Positions 11,243 through 25,397 of a DNA stretch of 64,000 nt are shown here, piece after piece. The DNA is taken from assembly GCF_013122565.1 (NCBI RefSeq), contig NZ_CP053258.1. One strand, 5' to 3'. Numbering within the stretch: the first letter of the stretch is position 1; each line of letters begins with the position of its first letter. The notes below the pieces were generated by a model. The model had not been told where the DNA came from. It did not search any database and was given only the letters and a program-made list of their open reading frames with translations. Source of the DNA: Escherichia coli (GTDB lineage Bacteria; Pseudomonadota; Gammaproteobacteria; Enterobacterales; Enterobacteriaceae). The position numbers were made by a program, and so were the translations under genes.

Positions 11243-12226
11243 TTATTTCACCGTACCTAAAATTTCGATTTTCGCCGCTCTGGCTTTGACTTTACGTGAC
11301 CAGATAGAGGTAAGAATTGGCACCAGAATCGAAGTCACAATGACCGCCGTCGCTACCAGCGAAGTTGCTGCCGGAGCCATCGGTTTAAACGCAGGCACCA
11401 TTTCTGCAATCAGCACAGGTGTCGCTACCGCGGCCCCTGCGGAACTGGAAGCGGCAATTCCGGCAGTGCCATCGCCACCGCCAATCAATTTATCAGCGAT
11501 AATCAACGGAATACCGGTCACGATAATGACTGCCACACCCAACAGGATCCCCAGCAAACCTGTCTGGGCAATTACAGTCAAATCAATGGTATTGCCCAGT
11601 GCGAAGGCAAAGAATGGAATCAGCGTCTGCACCGCTTTGCTGAAAAATTCTCGTAATTCAGGGTCAAGGTTCCCAAGGGCAAAGCCCACCAGGAACGGTA
11701 ATACTGCGCCGACGAAAACATGCGGTTCAAACGAGGCAATCCCGGCAGTGCCCAGAATAATCATCGTCATGAGCGGCCCGGACTCCAACGACATCAACAC
11801 AAATGCCCCAGCTTCTTCTTTTGTGCCGTACTGCTGCATGATGGAAGCGTAAAGTCCGCCGTTGGTCATATCCATCGCCGCCACCAGCGCCAGCGTTGAA
11901 AGTCCGGCAAAGAATCCAACTTCAACACCATGTTCCGGAATAATGCGCGAGGCAATTGCCGCAACCACCCACGCGACGGCAATTTTAGTTACCACCAGCG
12001 TACCGGATTTACGCAGTACCGTTCCCGTCGCGCTTAATTTTATTGACGCCCCCATGCAAAAAAACCACACCGCCAGAATGGGCACCGTACCGGTAATCAT
12101 CCCGTTGGTGAATGATCCAAAATATTTCCCCGCCCCCGGCGAGAAGGTGTGGCACAGTGCGCCAAGGAATAGCGGGACGAGCATCATCCCCCCCGGGATT
12201 TTCTCAATCGAGCGTTTTATCTGCAT
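11243..12226 (-). CDS. kdgT: 2-keto-3-deoxygluconate permease
   Basis: ORF trimmed to ATG at 12224-12226 ([23 protein letters not shown]...), 327 aa, polytopic. Confidence 0.9.
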
Positions 12227-12345
12227 TTCCATCACCTGTCGGCATATTTTTAAGGGCTGATGCGTCATTCCTCAACGGAGCATCAGTGTTGATGGAAACG
12301 AAGATAGACATTCATTTGATCAATAAAAGTGATCAAAACCACATC

Positions 12346-12365
12346 AATTGAAACAGTGTTTTATT
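12346..12365. promoter_or_regulatory. putative KdgR operator upstream of kdgT
   Basis: aattgaaacagtgttttatt, close to the KdgR palindrome AAATGAAACAnTGTTTCATTT; about 120 bp upstream of the kdgT start. Confidence 0.55.
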
Positions 12366-12400
12366 TTTATCGGATCATTGTTTTTATTTTGAAATTGATC

Positions 12401-12430
12401 ACAAAAAAACCACCGCCATTGGCGATGGTT
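12401..12430 (-). terminator. sodA intrinsic terminator
   Basis: minus-strand hairpin aaccatcgcc/ggcggtggtt (one mismatch) followed by a U-run. Confidence 0.5.
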
Positions 12431-12485
12431 CATTTTTTAAGCTGATATGCGGCGTAAACGCCTCATTGCAGCAGACGGCAAATGA

Positions 12486-13106
12486 TTATTTTTTCGCCGC
12501 GAAACGTGCCGCTGCTTCGTCCCAGTTCACCACGTTCCAGAACTCTTTGATGTAGTCCGGACGGCGGTTCTGGAATTTCAGATAGTAAGCATGTTCCCAC
12601 ACATCCAGGCCCAGAATAGGGAAGCCGGATGCGCCAGAAATAGCTTCACCCATCAGCGGGGAGTCCTGGTTAGCAGTAGAAACCACCGCCAGTTTATCGC
12701 CTTTCAGCACCAGCCATGCCCAGCCGGAACCAAAGCGGGAAGCTGCCGCTTTTTCAAATTCTGCTTTGAAGTTATCAACGGAGCCGAAGTCACGTTCGAT
12801 AGCCGCTTTCAGGTCACCCTGCAGGGTGGTGCCTTTTTTCAAACCTTTCCAGAACAGGCTGTGGTTAGCGTGACCGCCAGCGTTGTTGCGCAGTACGGTT
12901 TTCTTGTCTGCTGGCAGCTGGTCCAGTTTGGTGATCAGCTCTTCAACCGGCAGGTTGGCAAATTCTGGCAGGCTTTCCAGCGCCGCGTTGGCATTGTTGA
13001 CATAGGTCTGATGGTGTTTGGTGTGGTGGATTTCCATGGTCTGCTTATCGAAGTGCGGTTCCAGGGCATCGTAAGCATACGGCAGGGATGGCAGGGTATA
13101 GCTCAT
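12486..13106 (-). CDS. sodA: manganese superoxide dismutase
   Basis: 206 aa from [32 protein letters not shown]... Confidence 0.97.
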   Translation of the reverse strand: MSYTLPSLPYAYDALEPHFDKQTMEIHHTKHHQTYVNNANAALESLPEFANLPVEELITKLDQLPADKKTVLRNNAGGHANHSLFWKGLKKGTTLQGDLKAAIERDFGSVDNFKAEFEKAAASRFGSGWAWLVLKGDKLAVVSTANQDSPLMGEAISGASGFPILGLDVWEHAYYLKFQNRRPDYIKEFWNVVNWDEAAARFAAKK

Positions 13107-13160
13107 ATTCATCTCCAGTATTGTCGGGCGGCCGATTGTTAATGCCGCGTAAGCAGTTGG

Positions 13161-13200
13161 ATCATTATAGTTAATTAAATGATATTGAAAATGATTATCA
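13161..13200 (-). promoter_or_regulatory. sodA promoter (-10 TATAAT) with Fur-box-like sequence
   Basis: minus-strand TATAAT at 13164-13169 and tgataatcattttcaatatcatt resembling the Fur box GATAATGATAATCATTATC. Confidence 0.5.
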
Positions 13201-13390
13201 ATGCCGTACTTTTCGTAAGGGTATGGTTTTGCAGGAAAATGCCCGAGATGTGAAGCAAATCACCCACTTAATGCCGTGATTGCCAGTAAATCGACAACGG
13301 CGGCAACAGGCGAAAGGTTAATCGACAGCACGATTTTTACACTCATCTCGTCGGAGATGTGACGCGACGAAAAATGATGAGGATAAGAAG

Positions 13391-14425
13391 ATGAGTAACG
13401 CGATTACGATGGGGATATTTTGGCATTTGATCGGCGCGGCCAGTGCAGCCTGTTTTTACGCTCCGTTCAAAAAAGTAAAAAAATGGTCATGGGAAACCAT
13501 GTGGTCAGTCGGTGGGATTGTTTCGTGGATTATTCTGCCGTGGGCTATCAGCGCCCTGTTACTACCGAATTTCTGGGCGTATTACAGCTCGTTTAGTCTC
13601 TCTACGCTGCTGCCTGTTTTTCTGTTCGGCGCTATGTGGGGGATCGGTAATATCAACTACGGCCTGACCATGCGTTATCTCGGCATGTCGATGGGAATTG
13701 GCATCGCCATTGGCATTACGTTGATTGTCGGTACGCTGATGACGCCAATTATCAACGGCAATTTCGATGTGTTGATTAGCACCGAAGGCGGACGCATGAC
13801 GTTGCTCGGCGTTCTGGTGGCGCTGATTGGCGTAGGGATTGTAACTCGAGCCGGGCAGTTGAAAGAGCGCAAGATGGGCATTAAAGCCGAAGAGTTCAAT
13901 CTGAAAAAAGGACTGGTGCTGGCGGTGATGTGCGGCATTTTCTCTGCCGGGATGTCCTTTGCGATGAACGCCGCAAAACCGATGCATGAAGCCGCTGCCG
14001 CACTAGGCGTCGATCCACTGTATGTCGCTCTGCCAAGCTATGTTGTCATCATGGGCGGCGGCGCGATCATCAACCTCGGTTTCTGTTTTATTCGTCTGGC
14101 AAAAGTGAAGGATTTGTCGCTAAAAGCCGACTTCTCGCTGGCAAAACCGCTGATCATTCACAATGTGTTACTCTCAGCACTGGGCGGGTTGATGTGGTAT
14201 CTGCAATTCTTTTTCTATGCCTGGGGCCACGCCCGCATTCCGGCGCAGTATGACTACATCAGTTGGATGCTGCATATGAGTTTCTATGTATTGTGCGGCG
14301 GTATCGTCGGGCTGGTGCTGAAAGAGTGGAACAATGCAGGACGCCGTCCGGTAACGGTGTTGAGCCTTGGTTGTGTGGTGATTATTGTTGCCGCCAACAT
14401 CGTTGGCATGGGCATGGCGAATTAA
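13391..14425 (+). CDS. rhaT: L-rhamnose:H+ symporter
   Basis: 344-aa polytopic ORF; divergent from sodA, upstream of rhaR/rhaS. Confidence 0.95.
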   Translation: MSNAITMGIFWHLIGAASAACFYAPFKKVKKWSWETMWSVGGIVSWIILPWAISALLLPNFWAYYSSFSLSTLLPVFLFGAMWGIGNINYGLTMRYLGMSMGIGIAIGITLIVGTLMTPIINGNFDVLISTEGGRMTLLGVLVALIGVGIVTRAGQLKERKMGIKAEEFNLKKGLVLAVMCGIFSAGMSFAMNAAKPMHEAAAALGVDPLYVALPSYVVIMGGGAIINLGFCFIRLAKVKDLSLKADFSLAKPLIIHNVLLSALGGLMWYLQFFFYAWGHARIPAQYDYISWMLHMSFYVLCGGIVGLVLKEWNNAGRRPVTVLSLGCVVIIVAANIVGMGMAN

Positions 14426-15270
14426 TCTTTCTGCGAATTGAGATGACGCCACTGGCTGGGCGTCATCCCGGTTTCCCGGGTAAACACCACCGAAAAATAG
14501 TTACTATCTTCAAAGCCACATTCGGTCGAAATATCACTGATTAACAGGCGGCTATGCTGGAGAAGATATTGCGCATGACACACTCTGACCTGCCGCAGAT
14601 ATTGATTGATGGTCATTCCAGTCTGCTGGCGAAATTGCTGACGCAAAACGCGCTCACTGCACGATGCCTCATCACAAAATTTATCCAGCGCAAAGGGACT
14701 TTTCAGGCTGGCCGCCAGCCGGGTAATCAGATTATCCAGCAACGTTTCGCTGGATGTTGGCGGCAACGAATCACTGGTGTAACGATGGCGATTCAGCAAC
14801 ATCACCAACTGCCCGAACAGCAACTCTGCCATTTCGTTAGCAAACGGCACATGCTGACTACTTTCATGCTCAAGCTGACCGATAACCTGCCGCGCCTGCG
14901 CCATCCCAACGCTACCTAAGCGCCAGTGTGGTTGCCCTGCGCTGGCGCTAAATCCCGGAATCGCCCCCTGCCAGTCAAGATTCAGCTTCAGCCGCTCCGG
15001 GCAATAAATAATATTCTGCAAAACCAGATCGTTAACGGAAGCGTAGGAGTGTTTATCGTCAGCATGAATGTAAAAGAGATCGCCACGGGTAATGCGATAA
15101 GGGCGATCGTTGAGTACATGCAGGCCATTACCGCGCCAGACAATCACCAGCTCACAAAAATCATGTGTATGTTCAGCAAAGACATCTTGCGGATAACGGT
15201 CAGCCACAGCGACTGCCTGCTGGTCGCTGGCAAAAAAATCATCTTTGAAAAGTTTTAACTGATGCGCCAC
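14422..15270 (-). CDS. rhaR: AraC-family activator RhaR
   Basis: ORF-track 319-aa ORF; start placed at GTG 15268-15270 (MAHQLKL..., 282 aa) from my recollection of the K-12 annotation; the alternative ATG at 15360 gives 312 aa and overlaps the rhaS 3' end. Confidence 0.8.
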   Translation of the reverse strand: MAHQLKLFKDDFFASDQQAVAVADRYPQDVFAEHTHDFCELVIVWRGNGLHVLNDRPYRITRGDLFYIHADDKHSYASVNDLVLQNIIYCPERLKLNLDWQGAIPGFSASAGQPHWRLGSVGMAQARQVIGQLEHESSQHVPFANEMAELLFGQLVMLLNRHRYTSDSLPPTSSETLLDNLITRLAASLKSPFALDKFCDEASCSERVLRQQFRQQTGMTINQYLRQVRVCHAQYLLQHSRLLISDISTECGFEDSNYFSVVFTRETGMTPSQWRHLNSQKD

Positions 15271-15343
15271 CGTGGCTACCTCGGCCAGAGAACGAAGTTG
15301 ATTATTCGCAATATGGCGTACAAATACGTTGAGTAGATTCGCG

Positions 15344-16180
15344 TTATTGCAGAAAGCCATCCCGTCCCTGACGAATATCACGCGGTGACCAGTTAAACTC
15401 TCGGCGAAAAAGCGTCGAAAAGTGGTTACTGTCGCTGAATCCGCAGCGATAGGCGATGTCAGTAACGCTGGCCTCGCTGTGGCGTAGTAGATGTCGGGCC
15501 TTCATCAGTCGCAGGCGGTTCAGGTAACGCTGAGGCGTCAGTCCCGTTTGCTGCTTAAGCTGCCGATGTAGCGTACGCAGCGAAAGAGAAAATTGATCCG
15601 CCACGGCATCCCAATTCACCTCATCGGCAAAATGGTCCTCCAGCCAGGCCAGAAGCAAGTTGAGACGTGATGCGCTGTTTTCCAGGTTCTCCTGCAAACT
15701 GCTTTTACGCAGCAAGAGCAGTAATTGCATAAACAAGATCTCGCGACTGGCGGTCGAGGGTAAATCATTTTCCCCTTCCTGCTGTTCCATCTGTGCAACC
15801 AGCTGTCGCACCTGCTGCAATACGCTGTGATTAACGCGCCAGTGAGACGGATACTGCCCATCCAGCTCTTGTGGCAGCAACTGATTCAGCCCGGTGAGAA
15901 ACTGAAATCGATCCGGCGAACGATACAGCACATTGGTCAGACACAGATTATCGGTATGTTCATACAGATGCCGATCATGGTCGCGCACAAAACAGACCGT
16001 GCCACCGGTGATGGTATAGGGCTGCCCATTAAACACATGAATACCCGTGCCATGTTCGACAATCACAATTTCATGAAAATCATGATGATGTTCAGGGAAA
16101 TCCGCCTGCGGGAGCCGGGGTTCTATCGCCACGGACGCGTTACCAGACGGAAAAAAATCCACACTATGTAATACGGTCAT
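15344..16180 (-). CDS. rhaS: AraC-family activator RhaS
   Basis: 278-aa [25 protein letters not shown]... Confidence 0.95.
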   Translation of the reverse strand: MTVLHSVDFFPSGNASVAIEPRLPQADFPEHHHDFHEIVIVEHGTGIHVFNGQPYTITGGTVCFVRDHDRHLYEHTDNLCLTNVLYRSPDRFQFLTGLNQLLPQELDGQYPSHWRVNHSVLQQVRQLVAQMEQQEGENDLPSTASREILFMQLLLLLRKSSLQENLENSASRLNLLLAWLEDHFADEVNWDAVADQFSLSLRTLHRQLKQQTGLTPQRYLNRLRLMKARHLLRHSEASVTDIAYRCGFSDSNHFSTLFRREFNWSPRDIRQGRDGFLQ

Positions 16181-16343
16181 ACTGGCCTCCTGATGTCGTC
16201 AACACGGCGAAATAGTAATCACGAGGTCAGGTTCTTACCTTAAATTTTCGACGGAAAACCACGTAAAAAACGTCGATTTTTCAAGATACAGCGTGAATTT
16301 TCAGGAAATGCGGTGAGCATCACATCACCACAATTCAGCAAAT
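16181..16343 (-). promoter_or_regulatory. rhaSR promoter region (RhaR and CRP sites expected)
   Basis: divergent intergenic region immediately upstream of rhaS; individual sites not resolved by eye. Confidence 0.45.
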
Positions 16344-19193
<2,850 letters not shown>

Positions 19194-19197
19194 ACAC

Positions 19198-19326
19198 TGC
19201 CGGATGCGGCGCGAGCGCCTTATCCGGCCTACAGGTCGGCAACAGTTGTAGGCCTGATAAGACGCGACAGCGTCGCATCAGGCATTGATTGCCGGATGCG
19301 GCACGAGTGCCTTATCCGGCCTACAG
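19198..19326. repeat. REP/BIME cluster (three REP palindromes)
   Basis: three copies of gccggatgcggcgcgagcgccttatccggcctacag-type palindromes between rhaA and rhaD. Confidence 0.85.
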
Positions 19327-19367
19327 GTCGTGCATCTGACAACACCGAATTTACAGGAACACAGAAC

Positions 19368-20192
19368 ATGCAAAACATTACCCAGTCCTGGTTTGTCCAG
19401 GAAATGATCAAAGCCACCACCGATGCCTGGCTGAAAGGCTGGGACGAACGCAACGGCGGCAACCTGACGCTGCGCCTGGATGACGCCGATATCGCACCAT
19501 ATCACGACAATTTCCACCCACAACCGCGCTATATCCCGCTCAGCCAGCCCATGCCTTTACTGGCAAATACACCGTTTATTGTCACCGGCTCCGGCAAATT
19601 CTTCCGTAACGTCCAGCTTGATCCTGCAGCTAACTTAGGCGTCGTAAAAGTCGACAGCGACGGCGCGGGCTACCATATTCTCTGGGGGTTAACCAACGAA
19701 GCCGTTCCCACTTCTGAACTTCCGGCTCACTTTCTCTCCCACTGCGAGCGCATTAAAGCCACCAACGGTAAAGATCGGGTGATCATGCACTGCCATGCCA
19801 CCAACCTGATCGCCCTCACCTATGTACTGGAAAACGACACCGCGGTCTTCACTCGCCAACTGTGGGAAGGCAGCACCGAGTGTCTGGTAGTGTTCCCGGA
19901 TGGCGTTGGCATTCTGCCGTGGATGGTACCCGGCACGGACGAAATCGGCCAGGCGACCGCACAAGAAATGCAAAAACATTCGCTGGTGTTGTGGCCCTTC
20001 CACGGTGTGTTCGGTTCCGGACCGACACTGGATGAAGCCTTTGGTTTGATAGATACCGCAGAAAAATCAGCACAAGTATTAGTGAAGGTTTATTCGATGG
20101 GCGGCATGAAACAGACTATCAGCCGTGAAGAGTTGATAGCGCTCGGCCAGCGTTTCGGCGTTACACCACTCGCCAGTGCGCTGGCGCTGTAA
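19368..20192 (+). CDS. rhaD: rhamnulose-1-phosphate aldolase
   Basis: 274 aa from ATG 19368 ([21 protein letters not shown]...); the ORF-track extension upstream runs through the REP cluster. Confidence 0.95.
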   Translation: MQNITQSWFVQEMIKATTDAWLKGWDERNGGNLTLRLDDADIAPYHDNFHPQPRYIPLSQPMPLLANTPFIVTGSGKFFRNVQLDPAANLGVVKVDSDGAGYHILWGLTNEAVPTSELPAHFLSHCERIKATNGKDRVIMHCHATNLIALTYVLENDTAVFTRQLWEGSTECLVVFPDGVGILPWMVPGTDEIGQATAQEMQKHSLVLWPFHGVFGSGPTLDEAFGLIDTAEKSAQVLVKVYSMGGMKQTISREELIALGQRFGVTPLASALAL

Positions 20193-20201
20193 GGAGCAAA
20201 C

Positions 20202-20516
20202 ATGATCCGCAAAGCCTTTGTCATGCAGGTAAACCCAGACGCCCACGAAGAGTATCAGCGTCGGCATAATCCCATCTGGCCGGAACTGGAAGCAGTGCTG
20301 AAATCTCACGGTGCGCATAACTACGCCATCTATCTCGACAAAGCGCGTAATCTGCTGTTTGCCATGGTAGAGATTGAATCTGAAGAACGCTGGAATGCGG
20401 TTGCCAGTACTGATGTTTGCCAACGTTGGTGGAAATATATGACCGATGTTATGCCAGCTAATGCGGATAACAGCCCGGTGAGTAGCGAGCTGCAAGAAGT
20501 GTTTTACCTGCCTTAA
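20202..20516 (+). CDS. rhaM: L-rhamnose mutarotase
   Basis: 104-aa [31 protein letters not shown]... Confidence 0.93.
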   Translation: MIRKAFVMQVNPDAHEEYQRRHNPIWPELEAVLKSHGAHNYAIYLDKARNLLFAMVEIESEERWNAVASTDVCQRWWKYMTDVMPANADNSPVSSELQEVFYLP

Positions 20517-20522
20517 TGAGTA

Positions 20523-20549
20523 GCGGTGCCGGAAAATATCCAGCACCGC
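20523..20549. terminator. bidirectional hairpin between convergent rhaM and porin gene
   Basis: 7-bp stem gcggtgc/gcaccgc with a 13-nt loop. Confidence 0.5.
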
Positions 20550-20556
20550 GCCTTCA

Positions 20557-21951
20557 TCAGAAGAAGTATTTAAAGCGAACGCGTGCGCCGTAACGGTCAT
20601 CAGTATCATCACCGTGTTTTTTATCACCGTCGCTATCCAGAATTGAGTAATACGTCCCAAGGTAAATATTAAAGTTCTCCATATCCATCACATTAGCGAA
20701 CTGATATGACGCATGAATGGTGTGAATGGTGTACGTCCCTTCATCATCAATCCAGCAGTCGTTATCACAAACTACACCGCTGAATTCATCAATCTTATTG
20801 TGCGCGTAGATATAACCGAGCTCGAAACGTTTCCACAGCGCGTTAATCCCGGCAGTGAAATCTTTCTCATTATTAGCATCTAAATAGGCGGTATTAAGAT
20901 TAACCACAATGCCATTGTCCGGATCCGTTTTCAGGCCATTCCAGGTCATACTCATACCATAGCCGGTACGATCGGACTGATCGACAAAGTTACCCTTACT
21001 ATCGGTATAACCGTAAGCATTATTTACCACGTTCGCTTCCATCGCTGCGGAAACGGTGAATTCTTCCGTCGGCGACCAGGCAATTACCGGACGCAGATAA
21101 GCAACATTTTTCTGCTGCTCCATATCGCGTCCATGATAATTACCGTCATTATATAAAGATGTTCCGTCTTCAAGTAACGTGTTTAATTCAAAATACCAGT
21201 TATCGAGTTGTTTGCTGACGAGGAAATTACCGCCAGCGTTAGAACGCCCGCGGCCCTCTTTCATCATATAGATATAACCGCTGCCATCATCATAAAGATC
21301 GTTCGCAGTATTGCCGGAATGTTCAACAAAGGTATCCTGATTCAGCGGGAACATATCGTAGGCTTCAAAACGGCCTACTTTGACCTTCCAGTCGTTTTCT
21401 TTGCCAAAGAAGAATACCGCATCATCGATATTTACTGAACCGTGCATATCCCCCAGCGGTTGTGCGGAGAACCCGGCGAAATAACCATTATCCAGTTTTC
21501 GCATACCATCAAAACCTAACAGAATACGACCATTGAGATTCCACTGTTCATTAGTGGGATCGCTATTCACATCAGCGTTGGTCATTGCCAGCAGGCCATG
21601 ATTACTTTCCGCATCCATATTAAATTCTACGTCGCCGTAGATTTTTAAATCGCCATAACCTGAAAGCAAAAGATTAGGTGAGGTGGCATTTTTCTTTGCA
21701 GATTCCGCCGTTGTCTGTCCATTTACCGGCATATTGCCCTGGGCAGCCTTAATTTCGCGGATCTCAGCGGCTTGTTGTGTCTGCAGCTGTTTTACCTGCC
21801 CCTCTGCTTTTGCTGCCCGCATTTCTGCCGCTTCCAGGCGTTCTTCCAGCAATGCCATGCGTTGTTCCAGCGTTAAATGCTGTGTTTTTGCCATACCGGT
21901 ACTACATGCCAATAATAAACCGATGGCTAAAGATAATGTCGATTTTTTCAT
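20557..21951 (-). CDS. carbohydrate-selective outer-membrane porin (OprB-like) with N-terminal coiled-coil
   Basis: 464-aa ORF: signal peptide MKKSTLSLAIGLLLACSTGMA, an about 50-aa coiled-coil (LEQRMALLEERLEAAEMRAAKAEGQVKQLQ), then a beta-rich domain ending in C-terminal F (…RFKYFF); I do not recall a K-12 gene at this position (rhaM and frvA are adjacent there). Confidence 0.75.
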   Translation of the reverse strand: MKKSTLSLAIGLLLACSTGMAKTQHLTLEQRMALLEERLEAAEMRAAKAEGQVKQLQTQQAAEIREIKAAQGNMPVNGQTTAESAKKNATSPNLLLSGYGDLKIYGDVEFNMDAESNHGLLAMTNADVNSDPTNEQWNLNGRILLGFDGMRKLDNGYFAGFSAQPLGDMHGSVNIDDAVFFFGKENDWKVKVGRFEAYDMFPLNQDTFVEHSGNTANDLYDDGSGYIYMMKEGRGRSNAGGNFLVSKQLDNWYFELNTLLEDGTSLYNDGNYHGRDMEQQKNVAYLRPVIAWSPTEEFTVSAAMEANVVNNAYGYTDSKGNFVDQSDRTGYGMSMTWNGLKTDPDNGIVVNLNTAYLDANNEKDFTAGINALWKRFELGYIYAHNKIDEFSGVVCDNDCWIDDEGTYTIHTIHASYQFANVMDMENFNIYLGTYYSILDSDGDKKHGDDTDDRYGARVRFKYFF

Positions 21952-22428
21952 TATTTACGTTCCCTGAAATAAAGGAGACCCTACGCTTTCCAAAAGGAAT
22001 ACGTATATAGAGAAATATAAGGTGTGCACTTTCGAATTTTTAATCCAACTTCAGCAGGCCGATGGATAGTATCCCGCCGCATAATATGAGTAAATCCGCT
22101 GATTTCCTGGAACGTGAGGAATATAACAATAGTGCCGTTTTTAACTAAATATCGTAAAAAATATTAGATATGATTCACGCTGACTCATAAGCCACAAATA
22201 TAAATAACGTTTAGACAAATTATCTGAGACATTTAAACATTCACAAAATCATTAAATAATAACTCTTTATTCACAAGATTTATTTTACCTACTAATATGT
22301 GCCTTACGCCGCAAAATTTATCCTTCACTCTGCTTTATATTGTCACGACTTCACGACATATCCGCGCTCATCACAAACACGCCTCGCTATTACAATTAAC
22401 TGAAATATTTTTTCATGGAGTCCGATTT

Positions 22429-22875
22429 ATGGCAGCTCTTACTGCAAGCTGTATTGACCTGAATATTCAGGGCAATGGCGCTTATTCCGTTCTGAAGCAG
22501 TTGGCGACAATAGCGTTACAAAACGGTTTTATCACCGACTCACACCAGTTCCTGCAAATTCTGCTGCTGCGCGAAAAAATGCACTCCACCGGTTTTGGTT
22601 CCGGCATCGCCGTGCCGCACGGTAAAAGCGCCTGCGTTAAACAACCGTTCGTGTTATTCGCCCGCAAAGCGCAGGCCATTGACTGGAAAGCCAGCGACGG
22701 CGAAGACGTCAATTGCTGGATCTGCCTCGGCGTGCCGCAAAGCGGCGAAGAGGATCAGGTCAAAATCATCGGCACACTGTGTCGCAAAATTATTCACAAG
22801 GAATTTATTCATCAACTGCAACAGGGCGATACCGACCAGGTGCTTGCCTTGTTAAATCAAACCCTCAGCTCATAA
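22429..22875 (+). CDS. frvA: PTS fructose-like EIIA component
   Basis: 148 aa from ATG 22429 (MAALTASCIDLNIQGNGAY...). Confidence 0.88.
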   Translation: MAALTASCIDLNIQGNGAYSVLKQLATIALQNGFITDSHQFLQILLLREKMHSTGFGSGIAVPHGKSACVKQPFVLFARKAQAIDWKASDGEDVNCWICLGVPQSGEEDQVKIIGTLCRKIIHKEFIHQLQQGDTDQVLALLNQTLSS

Positions 22876-22885
22876 GGAAGTGGCG

Positions 22886-24337
22886 ATGGAGTCATCCTTA
22901 CGTATTGTCGCGATCACCAACTGCCCCGCCGGGATCGCTCACACCTACATGGTGGCGGAAGCCCTGGAACAGAAAGCCCGTTCTCTCGGCCATACCATAA
23001 AAGTGGAAACTCAAGGGTCCAGTGGCGTTGAAAACCGCTTATCCAGCGAAGAGATTGCCGCTGCCGATTACGTGATTCTCGCCACCGGGCGTGGCCTGAG
23101 CGGTGACGATCGCGCGCGGTTTGCCGGGAAAAAGGTTTATGAGATTGCCATCTCCCAGGCGCTGAAAAATATCGATCAGATTTTCAGCGAATTACCAACA
23201 AACTCGCAGCTTTTTGCCGCAGATAGCGGCGTGAAGCTAGGCAAACAGGAAGTACAAAGCGGCAGCGTGATGAGCCACCTGATGGCGGGCGTCTCTGCGG
23301 CGCTGCCGTTTGTCATCGGCGGTGGTATCCTGGTGGCGCTTGCCAACATGCTGGTGCAGTTCGGTTTGCCATATACCGATATGTCGAAAGGCGCGCCGTC
23401 GTTTACCTGGGTAGTTGAATCCATCGGTTACCTTGGCTTCACCTTTATGATCCCCATCATGGGCGCTTATATTGCCTCGTCGATTGCCGATAAACCGGCT
23501 TTCGCTCCGGCGTTTCTGGTTTGCTATCTGGCGAACGACAAAGCGCTGCTCGGCACCCAGTCGGGTGCGGGATTCCTCGGCGCGGTGGTGCTGGGGCTGG
23601 CGATTGGCTATTTCGTCTTCTGGTTCCGCAAAGTGCGCCTTGGCAAAGCATTACAACCTCTGCTCGGTTCAATGCTTATCCCGTTCGTTACTCTGCTGGT
23701 TTTTGGCGTACTGACTTACTACGTTATCGGACCGGTGATGTCCGATATTATGGGCGGGCTGCTGCACTTCCTGAATACCATTCCTCCATCAATGAAGTTT
23801 GCGGCGGCGTTTCTGGTTGGTGCGATGCTGGCGTTCGATATGGGCGGCCCCATCAATAAAACTGCCTGGTTCTTCTGCTTCTCACTGCTGGAAAAACACA
23901 TTTATGACTGGTATGCCATCGTCGGCGTTGTCGCGCTGATGCCGCCCGTCGCGGCGGGTCTTGCAACGTTCATTGCGCCCAAACTGTTTACCCGACAGGA
24001 AAAAGAGGCTGCCAGTAGTGCCATTGTGGTCGGTGCCACAGTCGCAACCGAACCGGCTATTCCTTACGCTCTGGCAGCTCCGTTGCCGATGATTACCGCC
24101 AATACGCTGGCGGGCGGTATTACCGGCGTGCTGGTGATCGCTTTCGGAATCAAACGTCTGGCGCCGGGTTTGGGTATCTTTGACCCGCTGATCGGCCTGA
24201 TGTCACCGGTGGGTTCGTTTTATCTGGTGCTGGCGATTGGCCTTGCGCTAAACATTTCATTCATTATCGTCCTGAAAGGATTGTGGTTACGCCGCAAAGC
24301 GAAAGCCGCGCAACAGGAGCTTGTCCATGAACATTGA
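22886..24337 (+). CDS. frvB: PTS fructose-like EIIBC component
   Basis: 483 aa from ATG 22886 (RBS aaggaag 5 nt upstream); N-terminal IIB domain (ITNCPAGIAHTYM) plus polytopic IIC. Confidence 0.9.
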   Translation: MESSLRIVAITNCPAGIAHTYMVAEALEQKARSLGHTIKVETQGSSGVENRLSSEEIAAADYVILATGRGLSGDDRARFAGKKVYEIAISQALKNIDQIFSELPTNSQLFAADSGVKLGKQEVQSGSVMSHLMAGVSAALPFVIGGGILVALANMLVQFGLPYTDMSKGAPSFTWVVESIGYLGFTFMIPIMGAYIASSIADKPAFAPAFLVCYLANDKALLGTQSGAGFLGAVVLGLAIGYFVFWFRKVRLGKALQPLLGSMLIPFVTLLVFGVLTYYVIGPVMSDIMGGLLHFLNTIPPSMKFAAAFLVGAMLAFDMGGPINKTAWFFCFSLLEKHIYDWYAIVGVVALMPPVAAGLATFIAPKLFTRQEKEAASSAIVVGATVATEPAIPYALAAPLPMITANTLAGGITGVLVIAFGIKRLAPGLGIFDPLIGLMSPVGSFYLVLAIGLALNISFIIVLKGLWLRRKAKAAQQELVHEH

Positions 24338-25397
24338 GTTACTGCAACAGTTGTGCGAAGCCAGCGCCGTCAGCGGCGATGAACAGGAAGTTCGCAATAT
24401 CCTCATCAAGAAGCTGGAGCCTTGCGTTAATGAGATCACCTTTGATGGTCTGGGCAGCTTTGTCGCCCGTAAGGGGAATAAAGGTCCAAAAGTTGCCGTT
24501 GTCGGGCATATGGATGAAGTCGGCTTTATGGTCACCCACATCGACGAGAGCGGTTTTCTGCGTTTCACCACCATTGGTGGCTGGTGGAATCAGTCGATGC
24601 TCAACCACCGGGTAACCATACGCACACACAAGGGAGTGAAAATCCCTGGTGTGATTGGTTCCGTCGCGCCTCATGCGTTAACCGAAAAACAAAAGCAACA
24701 ACCGCTGTCATTTGATGAGATGTTCATTGATATTGGTGCAAACAGTCGCGAAGAGGTGGAAAAACGCGGCGTGGAAATTGGCGATTTTATTAGCCCGGAA
24801 GCCAATTTTGCCTGCTGGGGCGAAGATAAAGTGGTCGGCAAGGCACTGGATAATCGCATCGGCTGCGCAATGATGGCTGAGCTATTACAGACAGTAAATA
24901 ACCCCGAAATTACGCTGTATGGTGTTGGCAGTGTGGAAGAAGAAGTTGGGCTACGCGGGGCACAAACCTCGGCTGAACACACTAAACCGGATGTGGTGAT
25001 CGTGCTGGATACTGCTGTCGCAGGTGATGTTCCGGGCATTGATAACATAAAATACCCTCTGAAACTGGGCCAGGGGCCGGGGCTGATGCTGTTTGACAAG
25101 CGCTACTTCCCCAACCAGAAACTGGTAGCAGCGTTAAAAAACTGTGCCGCACATAACGATTTACCGCTGCAATTTTCCACCATGAAAACCGGAGCGACGG
25201 ATGGCGGGCGCTACAACGTAATGGGCGGCGGGCGTCCGGTTGTCGCGCTGTGTCTGCCAACTCGCTATCTGCACGCTAACAGCGGTATGATTTCAAAAGC
25301 CGATTACGATGCTCTGCTCACGCTGATACGGGATTTTCTGACGACCTTAACTGCGGAGAAAGTCAACGCGTTTAGCCAGTTCCGTCAGGTGGATTAA
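24327..25397 (+). CDS. frvX: M42-family aminopeptidase/endoglucanase-like protein FrvX
   Basis: 356 aa from ATG 24327 (MNIELLQQLCEASAVSGDEQ...). Confidence 0.9.
   Translation: MNIELLQQLCEASAVSGDEQEVRNILIKKLEPCVNEITFDGLGSFVARKGNKGPKVAVVGHMDEVGFMVTHIDESGFLRFTTIGGWWNQSMLNHRVTIRTHKGVKIPGVIGSVAPHALTEKQKQQPLSFDEMFIDIGANSREEVEKRGVEIGDFISPEANFACWGEDKVVGKALDNRIGCAMMAELLQTVNNPEITLYGVGSVEEEVGLRGAQTSAEHTKPDVVIVLDTAVAGDVPGIDNIKYPLKLGQGPGLMLFDKRYFPNQKLVAALKNCAAHNDLPLQFSTMKTGATDGGRYNVMGGGRPVVALCLPTRYLHANSGMISKADYDALLTLIRDFLTTLTAEKVNAFSQFRQVD

Noticed and set aside
14422-15381. Using the first ATG (15381) or the ATG at 15360 as the rhaR start
   Set aside because: Both would overlap the 3' end of rhaS; the GTG at 15268-15270 gives the 282-aa form (MAHQLKL…) that I recall as the K-12 annotation. 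Retained as uncertain.
19198-19326. Clustered palindromic repeats as possible CRISPR array or IS inverted repeats (also at 5248..5346, 10326..10410, 39631..39733)
   Set aside because: The sequences are canonical REP/BIME palindromes with irregular spacing, no cas genes and no transposase.
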